Assembly (NCBI GenBank): GCA_051439505.1
Contig: JBFRWI010000214.1
Location: forward strand, 1 to 45,142
Direction: 5' to 3'
Source of the DNA: Hormoscilla sp.
GTDB lineage: Bacteria > Cyanobacteriota > Cyanobacteriia > Cyanobacteriales > Desertifilaceae
DNA: 45,142 nucleotides
In this document: piece after piece, positions 1 through 9,755 of the stretch
Position numbering within the stretch: position 1 is the first letter of the stretch
Layout of the letters: each line of letters opens with the position of its first letter
Program-made: the position numbers and the translations under genes
Notes under the pieces: generated by a model
The model's input: the letters and a program-made list of their open reading frames with translations, nothing else
The model's database searches: none
What the model was told of the DNA's origin: nothing

Positions 1-125
1 CGGCGCAATGGTTACAGGCGGCGGCGCAATGGTTACAGGCGGCGGCGCAATGGTTACAGGCGGCGGCGCAATGGTTACAGGCGGCGGCGCAATGGTTACA
101 GGCGGCGGCGCAATGGTTACAGGCA
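1..125. repeat. 21-bp tandem repeat (GGCGGCGCAATGGTTACAGGC) x~6, runs off the window start
   Basis: Exact 21-bp periodicity read directly. The minus strand is open from ATG at 147 (MHDSLVQL-[PVTIAPP]n). Confidence 0.95.
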
Positions 126-220
126 GCTGCACTAGGCTGTCGTGCATTTACAGCCTTTTTCCCGACCCAGAGCCTCGGGGCGATCGCACGCTTTTTTTGT
201 TATCCTGAAAGTGATTTCTA

Positions 221-333
221 TACTCGTTCCCTGTGTCTCGCTCTTAACGCACTCTTGAGGCTCTGCCTCCAGGAAGATTACTCCCGAGGCAGAGCCTCTC
301 AATGGACGTTCCCTGCCAGAGTCAGGGAACGAG
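221..333. repeat. REP-like composite palindrome, CTCGTTCCC...GAGGCTCTGCCTC...GAGGCAGAGCCTC...GGGAACGAG family
   Basis: Nested inverted repeats. Related copies at ~2072-2099, 14478-14527 and 25999-26119. Confidence 0.8.
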
Positions 334-426
334 GGAAAAGGGGCGATCGCCTGCTTTTTAAATTATCCTAAAAATCATTTGCTAGAGCGTCATTACAGTA
401 GAAATTATAGCTAAAATGAAATTTTT

Positions 427-485
427 TTTAGTCGGTTTTCAACCGACTTTAGCTATTAGCCGGGGGTTTGAACCCCCGGCGGGCT
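427..485. repeat. Double-hairpin REP-like element (TAGTCGGTTTTCAACCGACT / CCGGGGGTTTGAACCCCCGG)
   Basis: Near-identical reverse-complement copy at 39151-39210. Variants at 13202-13259 and ~35147-35180. Confidence 0.85.
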
Positions 486-518
486 AACAACGAAGCCAGA
501 TCCGTCCTTTGACCTCAC

Positions 519-1710
519 CTATTTTTCAACAACATCGTCATCTGCTTCCGCAGAGATTTCTATAGTTTTTGGTTCTTCTCCTTCCTCTTGCATCGTTTTT
601 CGACCTGACTTGACATAATATTTGTACTGTTCCAGCAGAATCTTTGACAAATCAGACGATGACATTTCTTTTCCTTGTAATTTCGCTTTCATATACCTTT
701 TGAGGGCCTCTATATAAGCTAAACCCAGTGCCAATGTCAATGCCGATGCTGTGGCCCCAGAAATTACTCCACCCGCGATCGTCCCCACTCCTGGTATCAT
801 TTTTAGTAAATTGGAGACAATTGCTCGACCGAGTAAGGACGCACCTCCTACCCCCGCAATGCTGGATATCATCGTACCAATAAACCCGGCATCAAAGGGC
901 AATCCAAAGATTGTGGTAATATGTGTCAGCATCACCAGCTGTTCCGTAGCTAAAATTAGCGTAGCGTGCATCGGAAAAGGGAATGGGCGTCGCGCCAGTT
1001 GCTGCTGCTGCTGTGGCATAACTGGTAACATAATTGAACGATCTGCGGGCTTTCAGATTAATGTCCTTGGTAGCATTCACAAATGCTTTTTGTGCTACTT
1101 CCGGAAGCAGATCGAAGGTCGTCTGCACTATCTGGTCTAGACCATACTCTTGGATAATATGTTCGTCATCAATTTCTTTGGGTCTGGCCAAAACTGGAAT
1201 GATTTGACGGACTGGCAGATTTTGCCCTTCCGACCAAGCCGTGAATTCACTCCGCTTGCGGGTTAGGGTCTGGGTGAGAATCAGAATAATTGGTACTTCC
1301 AGGTCCAGAGATTTCAGCCACTCTTTCTCTATCTCTTCCAGCCTGTTAGCATTATGATTAATGCAGTACCAGACTACATGTACCTGTTCCTTGACATTTT
1401 CCCGCTTTTTGCTCTCAATCAGTTCTGCAACGTCTTTTGTTACCCTCTGCAACTGCTTGGCGTCCAGTTCCAGTCCGGGAGTATCGTAAACCGTTAGCGG
1501 AAAACCTTTTTTTCGGTACTGTCGGATATCTTGGGTGACTGGATACCCTTCTCCCGTTTCTGCCAGAGGTTCTCTAAATACTGCATTGATCAACGTGCTT
1601 TTTCCTACACCGGTTTTGCCGATTATCAGAATGTTGCACTGTCCTATTTCCGCTTGGGCTTTTTGATATGACTCGATAATTGTTTCGATCAGATCGTCAT
1701 AGGTTTCCAT
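519..1710 (-). pseudogene. Frameshifted small GTPase with a C-terminal DUF697/YcjF-like membrane region
   Basis: ORF 892-1710 has GKTGVGKS and DTPG motifs and reads to ...GATPIPFSDA. The continuation LILATEQLVMLTHITTIFG...KMIPGVGTIAGGVISG lies in another frame (ORF 519-1031). The shift is at ~960-968 and could be a sequencing error. Confidence 0.8.
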
Positions 1711-1841
1711 TTTTATTGACTCTTTCTCGGTATGGTCGATCGGACATTCTCACTATAGCACTCTCCCACCCGTTCGGGTCAAATTTTAAGATTTCTTAAT
1801 AATCCTCAAAAAGGAACCGGAGGGCCCCAGCCTCCAGTGCG

Positions 1842-1885
1842 GGGTGTGGTCAAAAGTCGTTGGGTAGGGTGGGCCGCACCCACTG
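1842..1885 (+). mobile_element. Solo left end of the GGGTGTGGTCAAAA MITE family followed by a GTAGGGTGGGC-type REP hairpin
   Basis: Same 14-bp terminus as the elements at 11609, 17999, 30524 and 43879. No partner end is seen nearby. Confidence 0.55.
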
Positions 1886-1937
1886 TCAGAAGCGGGCTTG
1901 GGGAAAAAGCGGGCTTGGGGAAAATTTAAACACACAG

Positions 1938-1965
1938 TTGACAATAGCAGATGATGTGCTATGAT
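1938..1965 (+). promoter_or_regulatory. Putative sigma70-type promoter (TTGACA-16 nt-TATGAT, extended -10 TG) upstream of murF
   Basis: Consensus -35 at 1938-1943, TG at 1957-1958 and -10 at 1960-1965. Confidence 0.5.
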
Positions 1966-2148
1966 GGTTATCAACCTAGCATCAAGGTATTTTCAACCAT
2001 GAATACAGCTCAACGGAAAAAGTTTTGAGAGTCTTGGTGGGAATGTTTAAGTTGTTTCTCTCGAAAGATATGCGTTCCCAGGCGGAGCCAGGGAACGAGT
2101 AAAATATAAAGTGTTGTCAAGGTTTCAAATATTAAGCCCCTCTAATTT

Positions 2149-3501
2149 ATGCAAGCTAACCTATCTCAAATTACCAAACTTGTCAATGCCGTTCCTCACC
2201 ACTTCCAGGATGAGGCAATAAACCCATTAGTCACTGGCATTACTACCGATAGCCGCAGTCTCCAGCATAGCAAATCCTCCGGCGAGTTGTTCCTGGCCTT
2301 GCGGGGAGAAAAGTTTGACGGACATGAATTTGTCTCGGAGGCGATCGCCCGGGGCGCGATCGGGGCCATCACGGACAAACTCCTGCCCCTACCCGTACCG
2401 CAGCTTGTGGTAGAAGATACCCTAGCAGCATACCAGCAAATTGCCAGTTGGTGGCGTCAGCAGTTCGACATTCCCATCATTGCGGTCACCGGTTCAGTGG
2501 GCAAAACTACAACCAAGGAATTAATTGCCGCCCTGTTAGCAACCCATGGTAAAGTGCTCAAAAGTAAAGCCAATTTTAATAATGAAATTGGCGTCCCCAA
2601 AACCATTTTTGAACTCTCTTTCGACCATAGCTTTGCTGTCATCGAAATGGCAATGCGCGGTGTCGGCCAAATTGCCCTCTTGACCGAAATAGCCCGGCCC
2701 ACGATCGGGGTAATTACCAATGTGGGAACGGCCCATATAGGTTTGCTGGGTTCCGAAGAGGCGATCGCCCGTGCCAAGTGCGAGTTACTAGCAGAAATGC
2801 CCCCGACTGGGGTGGCAATTCTCAACCAGGACGATCGCCGACTGATGTCAACGGCGGCCACAGTTTGGCAAGGAGAAACTCTCACCTACGGTTTAGGATC
2901 GGGGGACTTGCAAGGGCGACTTATCGATTCAAATACCCTAGAATTATCAGGAGTGCGGTTGCCTTTGCCTTTACCCGGACGTCACAATGCTGCTAATTAT
3001 CTGGCAGCATTAGCAGTGGCCCAGCTGCTGAACATTGACTGGAAGGTATTTGCGAAAGGTTTGTCAGTGACATTACCTCAAGGACGCGCCCAGCGCCACG
3101 AATTACCCAATGATATTGTCATTTTAGATGAAACTTACAATGCCGGGCTAGAATCCATGCAAGCGGCCTTACATCTATTAGCAGAAACCCCCGGAAAGCG
3201 TCACATTGCTGTCCTCGGAACCATGAAAGAATTGGGGATCCGATCGCCCGAATTTCATCAACAAGTAGGGGAAACGGCCCGGGAACTGCATTTAGATGCC
3301 GTACTGGTTTTGGTGGACGATCCCCAAGCAGAGGCGATCGCTTTCGGATCGGCAGGAATAGCTACAGAAACCTTTCCCACTCACGAGACCTTGATTAACC
3401 GATTGCAAGAGACGATCCAACCGGGCGATCGCCTGTTGTTTAAGGCGTCCCATTCCGTCCGATTAGACCGAGTTGTCAGTCAGCTTATGGCCGATCCCTA
3501 G
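2149..3501 (+). CDS. murF: UDP-N-acetylmuramoyl-tripeptide--D-alanyl-D-alanine ligase
   Basis: TDSR, ALRGEKFDGHEF, VTGSVGKTTTKE, NFNNEIGVP, DETYNA and LFKASH motifs; 450 aa. Confidence 0.97.
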   Translation: MQANLSQITKLVNAVPHHFQDEAINPLVTGITTDSRSLQHSKSSGELFLALRGEKFDGHEFVSEAIARGAIGAITDKLLPLPVPQLVVEDTLAAYQQIASWWRQQFDIPIIAVTGSVGKTTTKELIAALLATHGKVLKSKANFNNEIGVPKTIFELSFDHSFAVIEMAMRGVGQIALLTEIARPTIGVITNVGTAHIGLLGSEEAIARAKCELLAEMPPTGVAILNQDDRRLMSTAATVWQGETLTYGLGSGDLQGRLIDSNTLELSGVRLPLPLPGRHNAANYLAALAVAQLLNIDWKVFAKGLSVTLPQGRAQRHELPNDIVILDETYNAGLESMQAALHLLAETPGKRHIAVLGTMKELGIRSPEFHQQVGETARELHLDAVLVLVDDPQAEAIAFGSAGIATETFPTHETLINRLQETIQPGDRLLFKASHSVRLDRVVSQLMADP

Positions 3502-3540
3502 CACTACCAGGATCTTCTCATTTGTGTGAGTCAGAAGTCA

Positions 3541-3569
3541 AGAAACCCGGTTTCTCAAACCGGGTTTCT
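3541..3569. repeat. AGAAACCCGGTTTCT / AAACCGGGTTTCT REP-like palindrome between convergent genes
   Basis: The same motif recurs at 43927-43992 and 45012-45065. Confidence 0.7.
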
Positions 3570-3647
3570 CGGCACTCTCAATCAACAAAGTTATCTTTCA
3601 AATATAACTAAAAGCAGCTCTGCGCAAATAGTTCAGCCAAATTTAAC

Positions 3648-3920
3648 CTACTTGAATTGCGGTACAACTAAGCTATCGCTGTATTGTCCGAGCAGTAGTT
3701 GTGCTATTTCCAGATAATTCTTAGAAACTCGAGAAAAGCTAATAGCAGTGTTCACAATCGTTGGTAAACTTGGACTGGGCATTTGTGTGGTCAAGAATGT
3801 GGTAATCATCGCACAAAACACTACCATCGATAACATTACCACTGCTGGGACTAAGAGCAAATCAAACCATGTAGTTTCTCCAAGAATCGCCGGAGGGCAA
3901 ATATTTAGTTTTCTTTTCAT
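3648..3920 (-). CDS. Hypothetical small membrane protein (~90 aa, one hydrophobic segment)
   Basis: ATG at 3920, hydrophobic stretch LLLVPAVVMLSMVVFCAMITTFL. It is the first sizeable ORF downstream of the riboswitch. Confidence 0.5.
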   Translation of the reverse strand: MKRKLNICPPAILGETTWFDLLLVPAVVMLSMVVFCAMITTFLTTQMPSPSLPTIVNTAISFSRVSKNYLEIAQLLLGQYSDSLVVPQFK

Positions 3921-4227
3921 TGTCAACTATTGAGGGTTAAGGAAAGTAAATGCAACAATAAATCAGACCTACTTACGGACATCGACAAACCTAGTTTTCG
4001 GGTTGACACGCGCTACCATCCGGCTAGGGTTATGTCGGCCTAATCCTGGTCTCATTTATGTCAATAAATTACCTAGTGGATGCTGGTTTCCACGAGCCCA
4101 TGTTCACCCGCATTTTCTGGGTAAAACCTCGCCTAATGTCGCTCTCACAAGAGACAACAGGCTCATCAAGGGGGCTATTTTTTTCCAGCAAACCTCCTGT
4201 CCCGAGCGTGGGGTTGGGTAATTTATG

Positions 4228-4412
4228 TTCTCTCTATGCCTACGGAGTTAGCTGACGGGCTAGGGCTGAGAGATGCCCCTCTCTGGAGTCTTTGATTCTC
4301 CAAGACAACCAGTCCGAGATAAGCCCCTGTAGGGGGGGGGTTGGTTCCTCCACTCCAGCTGCACTTTCACTCACTCACTCACTAAATGGGATGCCTCGCT
4401 GGATTAGGCAGA
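4228..4412 (-). promoter_or_regulatory. c-di-AMP riboswitch (ydaO/yuaA family)
   Basis: The minus strand reads GCCTAATCCAGC...GCTGGAGTGGAGGAACCA...GGGGCTTATC...GAGGGGCATCTCTCAGCCCTAGCCCGTCAGCTAACTCCGTAGGC-ATAGAGAGA. The CCCGTCAGCTAACTCCGTAGGC 3' block and the TCTCTC/GAGAGA pseudoknot pair are hallmarks of this family. Confidence 0.9.
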
Positions 4413-4433
4413 CTCTGTTATCGTTCTATTTTG

Positions 4434-4462
4434 AGTCTAACTCACACTTATGAAATCGTCAA
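4434..4462 (-). promoter_or_regulatory. Putative promoter of the riboswitch transcript (TTGACG-17 nt-TAGACT)
   Basis: -35 at 4462-4457 and -10 at 4439-4434 with a 17-nt spacer. The predicted start near 4427 lies just upstream of the aptamer. Confidence 0.6.
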
Positions 4463-4765
4463 GCTCTTTTGCCATTTTTTTTGACTAATTTATCAAATTT
4501 AGTACCTGCCTTCTTAGCAAAAGACATCAATTATATCATAAATTTATGATTTGTACTAGCGGTAGCTGGATTTTTTGGCTTTTTCTTGCTCACACAGAAC
4601 TCATATGACAGAGAATTTCGCGTGAGCGATCGCCTGGGATCGTCATAGGCACGGGGGCCTGACGCGATCGGGCTTTCTCACAAGGACAATCCTGTTTGAG
4701 TATCGGTTCCCGCCGATCGAAAATCTTCTTCCCATGAGTGAGCCAAGCCCGATCGCCGGTGGTAG

Positions 4766-5551
4766 CTACCGCAGATCCTGCTCTCGTAACAGTCGATCTG
4801 CCCAAGATTTGTCGTCTTTCTTCAGTGGTGGTACGGGTTCAAGAGAGTAATCCACGGACAGATCGAATCTCGCTTGCTCATACACCTGAGCTAACAAACT
4901 CTGTAAATCCACTAATGGTTCGGGATCTCTTGACCGCAAAGGCAGCAGAAACTGGGGAATCTCTTGGCGGACATTAAATCCATACAACTGAGCCCGGGGA
5001 CGGTTATTTCTGCGAGCGACTAAGATGCGGTAATCTGTGCGTGGGGTTTCGCCGAGAATAGGCATGGGTTTACCTCCCCGAAGGAAATCAATCTCTACTA
5101 GATGCGTCGGACTAGCGAGCACTTGAGACCGCTTGTCTTCATAGGCTTCTCGCCCTTTTCCAGCTCGTTTATTGGTAGGAGAGAGAATTTCAATTACTGT
5201 CACTACATGGGAGGTTGCCACATCTCGGATTTCTAAATAACTTTCTCGGATTTCTTCTGGTATGGGCAGGGTTACCGTTACCGATTCAGATTTTGCTGGC
5301 AGGGTTGCAATCGTCGATCTTATTTGGGTTGGGATCGATCTGTGGGATGTTACAGCTACATCGGGAATCCCAATTAAGACTGAATCAGAAATATCACTCA
5401 AATAGGTTCGCTTTTCGATCGCCACCCGATATTGGGGAGGCAGTGAGGGCCCGAGGGCGATCGCGATCGCGGTTATCAGGCGATGATGCACCTCCGGCCA
5501 CAATTCTGGATGTTCTAAATAAGGATTCATTCCCGGGAATGGATAAGGCAT
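4766..5551 (-). CDS. DUF4058 family protein (Uma2/PD-(D/E)XK-like)
   Basis: Typical N-terminus MPYPFPGMNPYLEHPELWPEVHHRLI, plus VTVIEILSPTNK and HLVEIDFLRGG. Confidence 0.9.
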   Translation of the reverse strand: MPYPFPGMNPYLEHPELWPEVHHRLITAIAIALGPSLPPQYRVAIEKRTYLSDISDSVLIGIPDVAVTSHRSIPTQIRSTIATLPAKSESVTVTLPIPEEIRESYLEIRDVATSHVVTVIEILSPTNKRAGKGREAYEDKRSQVLASPTHLVEIDFLRGGKPMPILGETPRTDYRILVARRNNRPRAQLYGFNVRQEIPQFLLPLRSRDPEPLVDLQSLLAQVYEQARFDLSVDYSLEPVPPLKKDDKSWADRLLREQDLR

Positions 5552-5661
5552 TTTCCTCACCTCGCGCTCTGGTTATTTCTATTATATCAAGTCCCGATGA
5601 TTAGTTATAATACTCTCATGTTGGGCTTAGGGTGAGCAAACCCAACATGAGCATGGTAGCC

Positions 5662-5710
5662 TAGCCTGTAGCCTGTAGCCTGTAGCCTGTAGCCTGTAGC
5701 CTGTAGCCTG
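5662..5710. repeat. Heptamer tandem repeat (TAGCCTG)x7 flanked by GTTGGG...CCCAAC hairpins
   Basis: Read directly. STRR-like 7-bp repeats are typical of filamentous cyanobacteria. Confidence 0.9.
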
Positions 5711-5867
5711 TTGGGTTTCCAAACTAAACCCAACCTACGCTTCTAACTGCGCGACTTACCACGTTTCGATCGAATACTCCTAACTGTCATCGCGAAAGAG
5801 GATTAGCAGCGGTTAACTTCTGCTGTATAGTTATATGAAGTGCAGTATCAAGTGAGCCATAGAAATT

Positions 5868-6842
5868 TTAACTTCCAGAATCAACTTTACTCAGAATAAT
5901 CTCAATGGCTTCTAAAATCGCATCAGGTCGATCTATCCAGACAAAATGACCGCTCGATGCCGCTGGAATTTGAATGCAATCTGTAGATAATTTGAGAATT
6001 TCACTATGCATCTTTTTCCGGAGCTTATTTGCCGCTTTTATTGGCACGCATACAGTCCAAATCGAAGGGATAAAAAAAGAACTAGCTGTAATGAGAGCGA
6101 TCGGTAGCCTATCGAAATGATTAGCAGCCTGAAGCTGATATCCACTTGCGTTCAACCCATGCATTTCTCGGAGCATTGTCAGCCAGTGCTTGGGGCGACA
6201 AAATGAGCGTTTGACTGAGTTAAGGACGCCAGGATCTAACTGGCGTAATTCTGGCTTAAGCAGCTCGAATACCCCAATTTTATTGAGCAACCGGATTATG
6301 CCGAGAGTAGATCCTAAGGTTGACATCACAAAGCCAGACATGAAGAACAACTTCAAGGCTTGCAACTGAAGTGGCATCTGGAGCATACCAACCTCATGAA
6401 GTCCGTCAGTGAGGACCATCCCTACTACTTTTTCAGGAAAACGGTGTGCGTATAATCTGACATTATAACTGCCAAAAGAATCTCCTACCAAAATATATGG
6501 CGGGTCGATTTCTGCCCGTGTTAGAAGATTATCTAGTTCTGACACAATTTCTTCGCTAGTTCGCGGCTTTGAATTGCAATCGCTCCAACCGTATCCAGCG
6601 CGATCGTAGATACAGACTCTGGTCATTTTGGCAATTTCTTGAATGAGGAAATAACCTTCAATTCCCCCCAAGCTATGCTCCAGAACTACAGTGGGACTGC
6701 CTTCTCCCATAACGCACATATGTAACTTATAACCACCCACATCAATGAGTTTGCCTGGCGGGGACTGTCGATCCTCAGTCCAGCTAGCAATGGCCTGGTA
6801 CGCCGTTGTGATAATTAGTAGTAGAAGTTGAATGGGAATCAT
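5868..6842 (-). CDS. Alpha/beta fold hydrolase
   Basis: YDRAGYGWS, nucleophile elbow GDSFG, C-terminal SGHFVW. Confidence 0.9.
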   Translation of the reverse strand: MIPIQLLLLIITTAYQAIASWTEDRQSPPGKLIDVGGYKLHMCVMGEGSPTVVLEHSLGGIEGYFLIQEIAKMTRVCIYDRAGYGWSDCNSKPRTSEEIVSELDNLLTRAEIDPPYILVGDSFGSYNVRLYAHRFPEKVVGMVLTDGLHEVGMLQMPLQLQALKLFFMSGFVMSTLGSTLGIIRLLNKIGVFELLKPELRQLDPGVLNSVKRSFCRPKHWLTMLREMHGLNASGYQLQAANHFDRLPIALITASSFFIPSIWTVCVPIKAANKLRKKMHSEILKLSTDCIQIPAASSGHFVWIDRPDAILEAIEIILSKVDSGS

Positions 6843-7137
6843 GTTTTTCGCTAATACTCAAGCATTAAAAGTACAGTTGACCTCTCCCGACTCTCAAGAG
6901 ACGAGGATTCAAAACTCGCAAACTAATCTGATTATAGCATCTAGCCAAGTTTTGTCGCCAGACTACTTGGCGATATCCCCACTTTATCCCTCATCCTGCT
7001 GCTTACCTTCCAGCCGATCGAAGATGCGGCTATTTTCATCATACAAGGGTCTGTTCTCAGCTGCGATCTCCCGGTTCTCTTCGACTCGCCCGTTCCTCGT
7101 GCTATGATAATAGTTGTCCCAGGGTCTGCTCGTTAAT

Positions 7138-7767
7138 ATGGTTGAAACAGTTCCCGCTCAAAATATAGACCTGCGCTACGCGATCGCCACTTTTGGGATT
7201 CAACTTGTCGAAGATGACCAATTTTTCCGGGAGTGGCAAGATAATTTACCAGCAGTTACCGAGATCGACAAATAGATTTTAGATAAAGTCAAAGCTGGTT
7301 ATCTCAATCTTATCAATTACCCGCCTATGCTAGAAGATGTGGTGAAAATGGCGGTGCTAGATCCGATGCTGTTTATCGCTGATTTTTATCTGGCTCCCTT
7401 TTTCGTTAAATTGGAACAATCGATTGATATTGCCTCTGAAGATGAAGGCATTATTATCAAAGGTAGGATTGACACATTGGTATTAAAAGATAAATTATGG
7501 GTGATGGCGATCGAGTCTAAGAAAGCTGCCTTTTCCATCGAAGAAGGACTGGCACAAATTATCACCTATATGCTGGGGAGTCCTCAGCCAGAACAACCTA
7601 GCTATGGTATGATTACAACTGGAGGTAGTTTTGTCTTTCTGAAATTGGTTAAGGGAGAACCTCCCCAGTACGCGACTTCTAAAGTGTTTATTACCCGAAA
7701 TCCTGGAAATGAGTTATATGACGTTCTCCGGATTTTACAGCGTTTGCGCCAAATCGCAATGATATAG
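7138..7767 (+). pseudogene. Short HsdR-N-like (type I restriction subunit R-like) nuclease gene with an in-frame stop
   Basis: From ATG 7138 it reads MVETVPAQNIDL...EWQDNLPAVTEIDK*ILDKVK..., with TAG at 7273-7275 in frame with ORF 7327-7767. It is collinear with the intact paralog at 12527-13156, which has Q at this position. Confidence 0.85.
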
Positions 7768-7912
7768 CAGTTTTCTTAGTGTGATGTGCTGTAGGCGAGA
7801 TTGCTTCGGGGGGGTTAATTCTATGAAAGCATAAGTCGATCGCTACATACCCCCCCTCGCAATGACAAATAGGCTATCAAAGCCGTACCACATCAATTTT
7901 ATAAACGCTATA
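7763..7912. mobile_element. MITE-like element with TATAGC...GCTATA ends carrying a GAGATTGCTTC...CTCGCAATGACA REP core
   Basis: Imperfect terminal inverted repeats. A homologous full copy lies at 37010-37160. Confidence 0.65.
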
Positions 7913-7913
7913 A

Positions 7914-9590
7914 TTAAATTCCATGACTCTTGCCAATCACCCAATGACGCCGGAAAAAACGGGCCAAAGCAGTTTCTTCTAATGATAGGTAAATCGGACG
8001 TCCGTGGGGACAGGTGCGCGGGTTGCGCGTGCATTTCCATTGATCTAAAATGCTTTGCATTTCTGGTAAAGTTAGAGGAGTTCCATTGCGGATGGCACTC
8101 CGACAAGCGGTCGCAACTTGCGCTGCTTGTAAGTCCCCTCCTAAACTCAGTTCCACGATCGCATCTGCAATATCTTCTCGTTGGTGCAGCATTTTGGGGG
8201 CGCTGCGGACTGCCCAAAGTTGCTCCCCAAAGGGTTCTACTTCCATCTCTAAACGCCCTAGTTGTTCTAGTTGGGCAGTTGTTAATTGAGAGAGAATTAC
8301 CGGCGGTTCTAAGGGCACTATCTGCCACCGATCGCGCAATTGTTCGTACAGAACTCGTTCGTGGGCAATATGCTGTTCTACTAACCACAGGCCCCCGGGA
8401 TGTTCTGCTACAATATAGGTATTGCGAACCTGGGCGATCGCTTGCAATTCCAGCAGCGCAGTATCGGCAGGGTTATCCGTTGCCAGGGGATAATCTATTT
8501 CAGGGGCGGAATATTTCAGCAGTTTTCCGACCCGTTCTTGATGGAATGCTACGGGTAAATTCTCCGGAGTCAGGCGCAACGCTTGTGCGATCGCCCCTTG
8601 AATTTGTGCTTGCCAGTATTCCAGTTCCTGTAAGTAGATTTGGTTTTTGGCAGGATGGCGGTTCCAGTCGATGAATTTGGGGGAAATTAACAGATGCAGG
8701 AAGCAGACCGGGTAGCGATCGCGGGGCAAGGTGCGTCCGAAAGCTGCTAATATAGTTTGCTCTAACTCTGGCGCTTTGACAATTCTACCATTGGTGGCCA
8801 CCTTCACCCAATCCGGACGCCGCCGATGGCACCTGTCTGGCAATCCCATGACTAACTGAATTTTGCCCGGGTTCTCCTGTGTCTCGCTTTCTGGCGGCGG
8901 CACTTCTACTAGCAACTGTTGCAAGTCATGCCAGTGGACGTTCCGCAACAACTGGGGCATAACTGCTTTCGCCGTGGCACCCGGACTGATGGTCAACAAA
9001 CATTTTTCTGACCGCTTCACCTGCCAGGTGACGTGGGGATGGCACAGGGCGATTTGATGGATCGTATTTTGCACTTGCTTTAACTGTTGTGCCGGAGATA
9101 GCAATCCTTGGCGACCGATCGCCCGCGTCCCAAACAGGTTGTCCACGTATACTATCGTCCCGGGGGCGATCGCCACCCTTTCTTCTTGCACCGGTTCTCC
9201 CAAAGCATTGTAGGAGATCCGCCACCCCTCAGTTCCCGATGCCGGGCGACTGCATATCTCTAACTCTGCCAACTGCGCTATACTATGCAATGCTTCCCCG
9301 CGAAACCCCAAACTGGTTATTTTCCACAGGTCATCGCAGTGATGGATTTTACTCGTGCTGTGGGCCGTTGCCGCTTGTCGCAAGTTATCCTTGTCCATCC
9401 CCGAACCATTATCCGCCACCGTCACTCCCCAGCTGTCGGGTTCTAGGGCGATCGCGATCCGGGTCGCCCCCGCATCCAGGGCATTTTCGACCAATTCTCG
9501 CACCACTGCTGCCATGGAGTCTATCACCTCACTGGCGGCAATGAGATGCACTACTTCTGGGGGTAGGGGTTCGATCTCTGACGCTATCAT
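7914..9590 (-). CDS. mutL: DNA mismatch repair endonuclease MutL
   Basis: VVRELVENALDAGA, HSTSKI, SLGFRGEALHSI, EQHIAHERVLYE, ACRSAI and CPHGRP motifs. Confidence 0.97.
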   Translation of the reverse strand: MIASEIEPLPPEVVHLIAASEVIDSMAAVVRELVENALDAGATRIAIALEPDSWGVTVADNGSGMDKDNLRQAATAHSTSKIHHCDDLWKITSLGFRGEALHSIAQLAELEICSRPASGTEGWRISYNALGEPVQEERVAIAPGTIVYVDNLFGTRAIGRQGLLSPAQQLKQVQNTIHQIALCHPHVTWQVKRSEKCLLTISPGATAKAVMPQLLRNVHWHDLQQLLVEVPPPESETQENPGKIQLVMGLPDRCHRRRPDWVKVATNGRIVKAPELEQTILAAFGRTLPRDRYPVCFLHLLISPKFIDWNRHPAKNQIYLQELEYWQAQIQGAIAQALRLTPENLPVAFHQERVGKLLKYSAPEIDYPLATDNPADTALLELQAIAQVRNTYIVAEHPGGLWLVEQHIAHERVLYEQLRDRWQIVPLEPPVILSQLTTAQLEQLGRLEMEVEPFGEQLWAVRSAPKMLHQREDIADAIVELSLGGDLQAAQVATACRSAIRNGTPLTLPEMQSILDQWKCTRNPRTCPHGRPIYLSLEETALARFFRRHWVIGKSHGI

Positions 9591-9755
9591 TTCTGGTTGA
9601 CGATCGCCAATCTAGTTAGGACATTTGTATCTAACAATACTTCTCATTCCCCGACGGGAGCCTGGGAAAGTCATTCGACCTTATCCATTATCCTACAGAT
9701 GGGATACTTGAGCGACATGGGTAGAAGTCAATACTTCTCGGTTGAGCATATAGGT

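Noticed and set aside
1999..2050. Tiny ORF MNTAQRKKF after the predicted promoter, possibly a TA gene remnant
   Set aside because: Too short to assign.
6875..6912. Possible IS200/IS605-type end remnant (TTGACCTCTCCCGACTCTCAAGAGACGAGGATTC)
   Set aside because: Only a vague resemblance, single copy, with no tnpA or tnpB nearby.
7843..9600. Long alternative-frame ORFs (7862-8674 +, 7843-8388 -, 9089-9544 +)
   Set aside because: They are shadows of mutL with no recognisable motifs. The same applies to ORFs overlapping murF, ilvD, ctpA, the kinases and the PEP-CTERM gene (14527-15246).
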